From assembly GCA_018985225.1 (NCBI GenBank), contig JADGIF010000188.1, positions 1-15,503 of the forward strand: a DNA stretch of 15,503 nt, in the 5' to 3' direction. Positions 8,743 through 15,503 of the stretch are shown here, in pieces. The notes beneath the pieces are model-generated. The model made no database searches and was not told where the DNA came from. It saw only the letters and a program-made list of their open reading frames with translations. The number at the start of each line of letters is the position of its first letter. Within the stretch, counting starts at the first letter, position 1. This DNA is from Amoeboradix gromovi X-113. Taxonomy: Eukaryota; Fungi; Sanchytriomycota. The translations under genes and the position numbers were made by a program.

Positions 8743-9658
8743 ATGTTAAAGGGGTCGAAGAAACAAAATGAATAAATACCTGGGGAAGTTCACGTGGATA
8801 TGGAAACTGTGTCACATTCATATGAAACAAACAGAAAGCAAAAAGGTAAGTAATAATCTCATTTATTTCACATCCTGCAATAATTGCCGTAGTTTCTTTT
8901 TCCGCAATAGCGTGTAAAACTGGACTATCTTGTAAATGCAAGACACAACTGCTTCCCGCGAATTTAGTTTTACCTTTATAATGCTCTTCAACGCCGGATC
9001 TGTTGGCTATTATGCAGTATGCATTAGATCCAAACAGTGGGTACAAACGGTGTGCCCAATAATTGACGGTGCTCATATCTTTATTATTAAGAGGACAATC
9101 TTGGTCAGGATGAAGCCATGCATTACTGCATATTATAATATTAGATTTATTAGACTTGGCGGCATTTGCGAATTCGTAGGCTTCAAAGGGGGCTTTAAAG
9201 CGGTAAGGATTCAGATCCATACAAATTGCAAAACTACAAACCAAATCAATTCCTCTAATTTTGATAGTGGTAGAAAAGAATCCTTTACCCTCTTCGCTCC
9301 ATGATTCATCAAGTTCATACAAGTGTGATTTCTGATGAACAAATTGTAATTGCCCTTCAGGACTAACCAAATACAATGAATTGTATAGTTTAGAATTCGC
9401 TAATTGAGGTGCTCCGTATGCTAGATAGCAATTAAGTTTTTTTGCATGATGTTTAGCCCATTCCAAAGACGATGTGTCTAAAGCATACGGTAAAATTTCA
9501 GATTTATTTTTGAATACATATCCAGTAAAGCACATTTCTGGCAAAACTAGAATATCAATTGAAGGCAACTTAGATATTAGACCTGAACATAAATCCAGGT
9601 TTTTTTGAATCTGCCTAGCAATCGGATTGAATTGTAAAACTCCGACTTTTAGTTTCAT
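8678..9658 (-). CDS. NTA1: Nitrilase-superfamily carbon-nitrogen hydrolase, Nta1-like protein N-terminal amidase (true C-terminus may be near 8846)
   Basis: Catalytic triad motifs VLPEM, QKSHLY, ICMDLNPY; ICMDLNPYRFKAPFEAYEFA and YWAHRLYPL match the fungal Nta1 type; ANRSG and FAGSS present. Confidence 0.85.
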   Translation of the reverse strand: MKLKVGVLQFNPIARQIQKNLDLCSGLISKLPSIDILVLPEMCFTGYVFKNKSEILPYALDTSSLEWAKHHAKKLNCYLAYGAPQLANSKLYNSLYLVSPEGQLQFVHQKSHLYELDESWSEEGKGFFSTTIKIRGIDLVCSFAICMDLNPYRFKAPFEAYEFANAAKSNKSNIIICSNAWLHPDQDCPLNNKDMSTVNYWAHRLYPLFGSNAYCIIANRSGVEEHYKGKTKFAGSSCVLHLQDSPVLHAIAEKETTAIIAGCEINEIITYLFAFCLFHMNVTQFPYPRELPQVFIHFVSSTPLTYDASSTFDTNICSSNSCRYSC

Positions 9659-9701
9659 GGGTGAAAGCTATTGAAAAGAATAAAGTAAATAAAATAAACA
9701 T

Positions 9702-9941
9702 TTAATTTGCTAATAACTCGTGGTACAGTTTTATTTCTGCAATGGCGTTGGGATGATCGTTCATAATACCTCGTATCTGCATTCGCGTCAAATCAGGGCA
9801 TAAAACTGAAGCAACAGTCAGCGGGTACACATCACAGAGTTCAACAAGCATTCTGTTTGATAGCACCTTATGCCTTAGATTTTTATGTTGCTTTTCTATA
9901 GTGATTTGAACAATTTTGGTTATCAGTTGCAGTTCTACCAT
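9702..9941 (-). CDS. Possible small hypothetical protein or remnant of a decayed gene
   Basis: Open frame 9702-9956 (GTG start; first ATG at 9941), ending in TAA overlapped by ATTAAA like other gene ends here. No motif. Confidence 0.3.
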   Translation of the reverse strand: MVELQLITKIVQITIEKQHKNLRHKVLSNRMLVELCDVYPLTVASVLCPDLTRMQIRGIMNDHPNAIAEIKLYHELLAN

Positions 9942-10353
9942 GAATTGAAGGAACACTATGACCTATTTAAACGGTGAAAATAGTCATTCTTTTGTATATG
10001 ATGCAATGGTTTTTCACATGACATCAAGTGATTTGTAAAACCATGACTCCTTATATTGATTATCCAATGTGATATTTAGGACTGAAAGGTGCGCTATTGA
10101 AATCACAAATATTCAAACAGATTTATTAAACAGTATTAGCATCGCTTGAAATCGTAAGCTCTCTCAAAGCAAAATGACTAATATTATGCCATTGTAATTC
10201 TTATACACTTGCCAAAAGTCTAATTCCTCAACTGTACTTCACTTCTAAACTGCTATACGTCATTTGGTATGAAATGACATGTCACAGCTCTTTAATGTTA
10301 CCAAGTAATCTAAAACCAAGCTACTCAATTTCCTAAAGCACTCGGAGTCAAAC

Positions 10354-11055
10354 ATGGGACTAAATGATGAAATAATCAGAGATTTATCACCTAAAGAGAT
10401 AGAACACATTAAAAAAAGGGTTTCGAAGTCAAAAAATTACCCTGTTGAATTTTCTATTGAGGAAAGTCAAGAGCTCAACGATATGATACAAAAGATATCA
10501 ACGAAGCAATTTGGGGCAGCTAAAAGGTTAAGCACAAAAGGAAAGAAGCTGAAAACGAGAAAAGCTTTAATGGAAATAATAATGTTTTTAGAGGATGAAC
10601 TGGAAGATGAAAATCAAAATCAGGTATACGAACTAGAAGAAACTCTTAATGAAATGAAGCAGCGAATAAAAGAGCTTGAAGAAAAAGAAGCTAATGGAAA
10701 GGAAAAATGCGAAGAGGGAGTCAACGAAGCAAAGGAAAAGTTGTCACAGCTTGAAGTTGAGAATAGGGGTTTGCGGATGTATGTGGAGAAACTAGAAGCT
10801 AAAAACAGTGAATTGAAGATGCATTACATAAATTCTTCAAGTTCTATAGATCGAACTGGATCGGCTTCAGCTCAGTTTCTTCAAATTAATGATATTGAAG
10901 GATTAGACCAACGGTTAACAGATATTGATCTAAAAAACGAATCTGTGGCTTTAGCTGTGGAAAAAATCGAAAAGCATCTTCAGAATGCTTTTCAAAATTA
11001 TGTTCAAAGCTTTTCACCGGAATTGGAAATGTTGGACTTTAAGGATGAAGAATAA
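10354..11055 (+). CDS. Coiled-coil protein, unknown function
   Basis: 233-aa E/K/L-rich ORF with heptad-like pattern; stop overlapped by AATAAA. Confidence 0.8.
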   Translation: MGLNDEIIRDLSPKEIEHIKKRVSKSKNYPVEFSIEESQELNDMIQKISTKQFGAAKRLSTKGKKLKTRKALMEIIMFLEDELEDENQNQVYELEETLNEMKQRIKELEEKEANGKEKCEEGVNEAKEKLSQLEVENRGLRMYVEKLEAKNSELKMHYINSSSSIDRTGSASAQFLQINDIEGLDQRLTDIDLKNESVALAVEKIEKHLQNAFQNYVQSFSPELEMLDFKDEE

Positions 11056-11428
11056 ATTATTTCAAAACAAGCTTTTTGCTCATGCTATAAATGTGAAAGC
11101 CCATATTAGACTATTCAAAACACAAATCCAATGCTAATAAACATAAACTTTGTAGTTGAAACGTGACTGTAAAAGATGGCTCATACGAGACTGTTCAATA
11201 ACAGCAGACCCCTGCTGTATTCAAAACTTTATAACATAGAGGAGTGCGAAGTGTGGCGATGCAGTAAGTCGGCTTTCCAATTGTCTTCATCACGCAGACA
11301 GTAATTATATATTCTAGATGTAAGTCTATTAAAGACCCATAAGATGGATTGCGGACCATAGTTCGGCCATTTCCACAAATTTGTCGTTCAAGAAATTGAA
11401 TAAAATGTAAGTTAAAACGAAAATAGCA

Positions 11429-11502
11429 GCCCTCGTAGCTCAGTTTGGTAGAGCGTCCGACTTTTAATCGGAAGGTCTGGGGATCGAGACCCCACGAGGG
11501 CG
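11429..11502 (+). tRNA. tRNA-Lys(UUU), intronless
   Basis: Acceptor GCCCTCG/CGAGGGC, D arm GCTC/GAGC, anticodon stem TCCGA/TCGGA with TTT at 11463-11465, T stem TGGGG/CCCCA. Confidence 0.95.
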
Positions 11503-11509
11503 TACGAAG

Positions 11510-11514
11510 TTTTT
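11510..11514 (+). terminator. RNA polymerase III oligo-T terminator
   Basis: T5 run starting 8 nt after the tRNA discriminator base. Confidence 0.6.
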
Positions 11515-11553
11515 AGCCAAATTTTGTCAAGTATTAACAGTTTTTTATTTAAA

Positions 11554-12225
11554 TCAGACAATTGAATAAGGACCTTTAGCAATCAGTCGATCAGCAGAGA
11601 GTGGTTCTGCATGCAGCGCCTCCTCTTTTTCGTTGCGATACATAAAATAAACAGCCAGCTGTATTGTAGCCATGATAATACCAAGCCCATTAGAAACATA
11701 TTGATAAGGGTCTTTAATCATCAACCCATATGCAGTCCATAGCATTCCGTTTAGTAGCGACATGATGCTTAAAGAGAGATTGAGACCTTTTGAGCTCTTT
11801 GTTTTAAATATATGAAATAGCAAGCTCAGAGGACTGGAATACATGCCTATCAACATAACCTGGCATGAAATACCTACAGCATCTTGGTTTTGAAAGAGGA
11901 ATCCAAAGCTACTTGTTGTAAATAAAAATAGAATTCCAGCCATTAAAATTCTAATTAATCTCTGAGTGAATGCTAGCTTAAACGAAACAGCAACAAAATA
12001 AGAACCCAAGACTAAACCAACTCCATTTGGAAGCAGAACGAATATATTCCTCGTGTATAACCCATATAACCACCAACTTATACAATTTAAAAACATCACC
12101 ACTAATGGAATAGGATTAGTGAGCATTTCGTTTGAGTTAAGAGACTGGGCAACGCTATTATATGGAGAAGCATTCAGCATAGTGGCTATAATAACACCTA
12201 AAATGGGTACGATTACGTCAGACAT
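11554..12225 (-). CDS. SWEET (MtN3/saliva) sugar transporter, 7 TM, 223 aa
   Basis: Two MtN3 repeats: ASP...NPIP...NCISWWLYG...PNGVG and YSSPL...TKSS...NGMLWTAYG...SNGLG...QL. Start placed at MSDVIVP (12225). Confidence 0.92.
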   Translation of the reverse strand: MSDVIVPILGVIIATMLNASPYNSVAQSLNSNEMLTNPIPLVVMFLNCISWWLYGLYTRNIFVLLPNGVGLVLGSYFVAVSFKLAFTQRLIRILMAGILFLFTTSSFGFLFQNQDAVGISCQVMLIGMYSSPLSLLFHIFKTKSSKGLNLSLSIMSLLNGMLWTAYGLMIKDPYQYVSNGLGIIMATIQLAVYFMYRNEKEEALHAEPLSADRLIAKGPYSIV

Positions 12226-12829
12226 TAATGAGGTTTCAAGTTGTTTTACCGGAAATTTGGCGTTACCTGAAAAACTTTGACGAATCAGCGGGAATAACGG
12301 ATAATTACCAGTATGTTCTACTAAGATTATTATCATATGGGATCTAATTTCAGAAAACGTCCCCAACTCCCATAATATGCCTTTAAGCCTTTTTCAATAT
12401 GAATAATGCACTGGCATTGTCTCTTTCGTGATAGCTTGGTTTATTAGCACTTGAGTATATGTTGCAACTTCTCAACCGATAATCATTTTCACGTCTGTAT
12501 GTAGAACGTGATGAAATAAAAACTCCTGGAATCCTTCCCAATTATTGTGCGAGAAACCGCAATCACAAATTCACCCTTTGTGGATCTCCTAAGGTTGTCT
12601 TGAAGAGCAATTGATTCAAACTAAGTAGACACCATTCCTTGTGCAAGGCTTTTTTATATAAACAATGATTTATTTAGTGGTATTGCTGTGCTCGAAAAAG
12701 TTGAGCTCAAATTGTGCATAAGATAATAATCGGGAATATCATTTCACAAATGAAGAAAGACTAATCTTGTAGATAAAAAATGCTGGCGAAACTACTTTTT
12801 CTGATCTTTAGGCAATTAAATATTGGTTA

Positions 12830-15290
12830 CCTTAGCAAAACTTTAACAAACTTGTTTTACAATGGAAGCCTCATCCGCTCTACACTGTGCATAGCTTGCT
12901 TAAGTCTTTCTTTCTTTGATTTTACATACTCATCGTGTTCAAAATGCAATGTGCTTCTGTATGGAACAATGCTTGGGAAGTGTGTGGCAATATCTGATTT
13001 TGTAAACACATTGAAGGAGGCAAGAACGTGTGCAGCATTTTCCCGCATTTCGGCTTTATCGTTTGACAAATACTTAATTAGCACATCAAGCGTCATCATG
13101 CTAAGTGCGCTACATTGTAAAATATTGTCTAATATCTGTAAATCTGTTAGCTCTTCCTCTGGTCTTTGGTTTTCTGCAGGTGTTCCAGGCGTCTTGGATT
13201 TTAATGTTTTGTCTTACTTTAAGTCGGAAAGTGATTTTGCAACTTTGGGCTTTTCTTTGTTAGGGGTAAGAGAGGATTTAAACTCCTCGCTTTCCACCTT
13301 GTTAGCTGGGGATTGACCAGTTGATAAAACAGTTTTGCAACTCTCATCATCTGTAGACGGTTCAGTGGCTAAATAGCTACACACTCGTCATTTGGATTTA
13401 CTGTAATTTCTAGAGTGGGAACGGGTACTGTTAGGCTACTTCTTCTGGAGTACGAGAGATATCTATCTAGAATAACAAAAGCATATAGTTTGTCAGCAGG
13501 CTTTATTGCTAAAGAAACGTCTGGTGTATCTATACTTTCAGAACTGCACAAAGGCGAGTTGACTGTTTCGATTTTAATTCCAGTTAGGTTATCAAGATGG
13601 CTTCTGATAGCATTTTGAAACTCATCACACCTGGTAGTTTGTGGGTCTTCTGCTACTTCTGAGATTGAAATGCTATCTAATGCAGTAGTGGTCAATGATA
13701 TCTTCCGCAAGTGGTATTCTTCTTGTCGTCTGTCAAGAATTTCAGGCTTTTATTTTCTGTTTTCTGTGGCAAAATCGAGATGTCAAATACGATTGGAAGC
13801 TCAGCGTTTAACTTTTGAAGAAAATCAATTTTTATAAACTAAGATATATTTTCCAAGTGCAATCAAGATGCCTGCTGAACTCATAGTAATCATGTTTACA
13901 TCAATCAATAAATCTATTACAGTTTCATAACTTCTATCCGACGAATAAAACACCAGATCATTTAATTGCTTTATTAAAATTCCCTCGTTGGTAGCAAACA
14001 TTGAGCTTCCGTCAATGCTGGTCAGTTTGGTAAATGCCTTGTTATAAACAACTATGTAGTTGTCATTCTGAATTATTACCTCCGATCCAGCAAACAATAT
14101 CGCAATACTTGAGAAGCCTGTTGTTTTGAAATCACTGTGTATGGTTTTTTCAACTATGGAGTATAGGACATCGCCCTTTTACAAATTACTTATTGGCAAT
14201 TTATAGTTGTGGAACAATTTTAACTTTCCATCAGTTTCATCAAACTCATGGATTTCTCCTGTGCCTGTACCAAAATAAATCTTTTTATTTGATATGTTGG
14301 ACATGCATGTGTAGCGACTATCGGATTCAATAATTTTATTAAGAAAACACGGATTTCTATTGCAATTATAAAGTAGTATTTACCATTCAAGTATAAGAGA
14401 AAAAGCGATTTCAAACTACATTCAAGATACGTTTTGTTGTACTTTAAAGGCGGAATGATGACAAATAATGTCTGGTATGTCAATGGACATTTGCAGCTTA
14501 TGCAATGATCTTGTGTTTTTACAAATAACCTCTCCATTGTACTATTTTTGTAAAGCAAAAGACACTCTATGTTATCGAATACCTGATCGACTAGTTTGAA
14601 ACTCCATTGAAATTCCACTTTGGATACCGTTTTGTCATTCACAAGGTAGAATCCATCGGATTTCATGTTGTAAATATCAAATTCGGGATCACAATTTGGG
14701 AGAAGAGGTGACCTTGCAAGTTGTAAACCTTGACTGAATCATAAAAAAGAATCATTATGAAGCCATGCGATGAAATCCATTCAACTACTGGTTCATTCAT
14801 GAAGAAAGTAGTTTGAAGTTGATTCCTTCTTAGTAATAAAACTGTGTTTGTACAATCCAAAACAACGTAAATATCATCTACTATTAATATTTTCACAAGG
14901 TCCTGCTCATTGGTATACAATAGTTTGGAACCATAAAACTTGTTACCTCGCAAATAAAACATTTCCTTATCAACAGCCACATCTTCGACATTCTCAATTA
15001 AAACGTGACCATTTATTGTAGCGATTTGACTCAATTCATTAATTACCAACCACTGCTCATACCAAAATACCTTTTTGATTTTATAATTATATTTCTTATT
15101 TTTGTAAAAAAACTGATTTAAATTGAACTAATATGGAGTCTAGAAACCAAATTCTTGTTATTTTATCGGTGTATTCTATTCCATTCAATACATTCTTGAA
15201 AGCAACATGATGCTCATCATATATTGCATTTGCTTTGCTTGGTAGTTGAACTGCAGCTGTTCTGAGTTTTATTCCTTGAAATTTTTGCAT
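12830..15290 (-). pseudogene. Disrupted ~800-codon gene: beta-propeller (WD40-like) N-terminus, low-complexity linker, HEAT-like C-terminal segment
   Basis: Six collinear same-strand ORF fragments joined by at least six frame changes and in-frame TAA at 14181-14179 and 13216-13214. Recovered text includes KIYFGTGTGEIHEFD and LIKYLSNDKAEMRENAAHVLASF. No GT-AG interval that I could find repairs the junctions. 3' limit approximate. Confidence 0.7.
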
Positions 15291-15503
15291 AATTGGTAGT
15301 TTAAAAGAACTTGTGAAAGTTCAACTCTCGAAACTTAGTTTGCATGTATTGCTGGGACATGCTCTGTAAAAAGCAGACTTTGGGTAAAAAGCGAGTGACG
15401 AGATTTACCCAGTTGAAATTTTCACAGCAGTGTCCCATATTTCTTCACCTAGGCAATAGGCGAAACTACTTTATCAGTGATCCTTTGTTGCCAACCTGGT
15501 CTC

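Noticed and set aside
8750-8852. U1 snRNA-like 5' end (ACTTACCT) on the minus strand
   Set aside because: No U1-70K loop, U1A loop or cloverleaf; better explained as a 3' end and promoter region.
9957-10142. Upstream extension of ORF 9702-9956 through three TGA and one TAG (TGA=Trp or A-to-I stop editing)
   Set aside because: Four stops in 62 codons is about what random AT-rich sequence gives; no evidence of a preserved frame.
739-13618. Antisense or shadow ORFs (739-1014, 1014-1256, 2095-2292, 3542-3835, 4312-4527, 4814-5029, 5908-6171, 8329-8550, 8369-8734, 8936-9304, 12053-12280, 12780-13316, 13415-13618)
   Set aside because: They overlap better-supported genes on the opposite strand and show no motifs.
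12857-14181. TAA reassigned to Gln (as in some aphelids and ciliates)
   Set aside because: TAA, TAG and TGA all end conserved genes at the expected positions (septin TAA, eEF2 TAG, maa TGA), and intact genes contain no in-frame TAA.
14357-14383. 27-nt GT-AG candidate intron in the disrupted gene (also 20-nt and 25-nt candidates near 15140 and 13205)
   Set aside because: None restores the required reading frame.

Overview
AT-rich, gene-dense eukaryotic nuclear DNA. It is most consistent with an early-diverging fungus or fungal relative (inferred from a fungal-type eEF2, a Cdc3/SEPT7-like septin, an Nta1-type amidase and a SWEET transporter), using the standard genetic code. Intact genes: a bacterial-like sugar O-acetyltransferase, septin, eEF2, a GPI-type surface protein, a small secreted protein, an Nta1-like amidase, a coiled-coil protein, a SWEET and tRNA-Lys(UUU). 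The standout feature is ultra-short spliceosomal introns. The septin and eEF2 frames are each repaired by removing exactly 19 nt (GTA...ATTTAG, with T at -8 and A at -6). Poly(A) signals sit on or next to stop codons, and the Nta1-like gene may have its stop completed by polyadenylation. A ~2.4 kb WD40/HEAT-like gene at the right end is disrupted by multiple frameshifts and stops, and several spacers look like decayed genes or structured RNAs.
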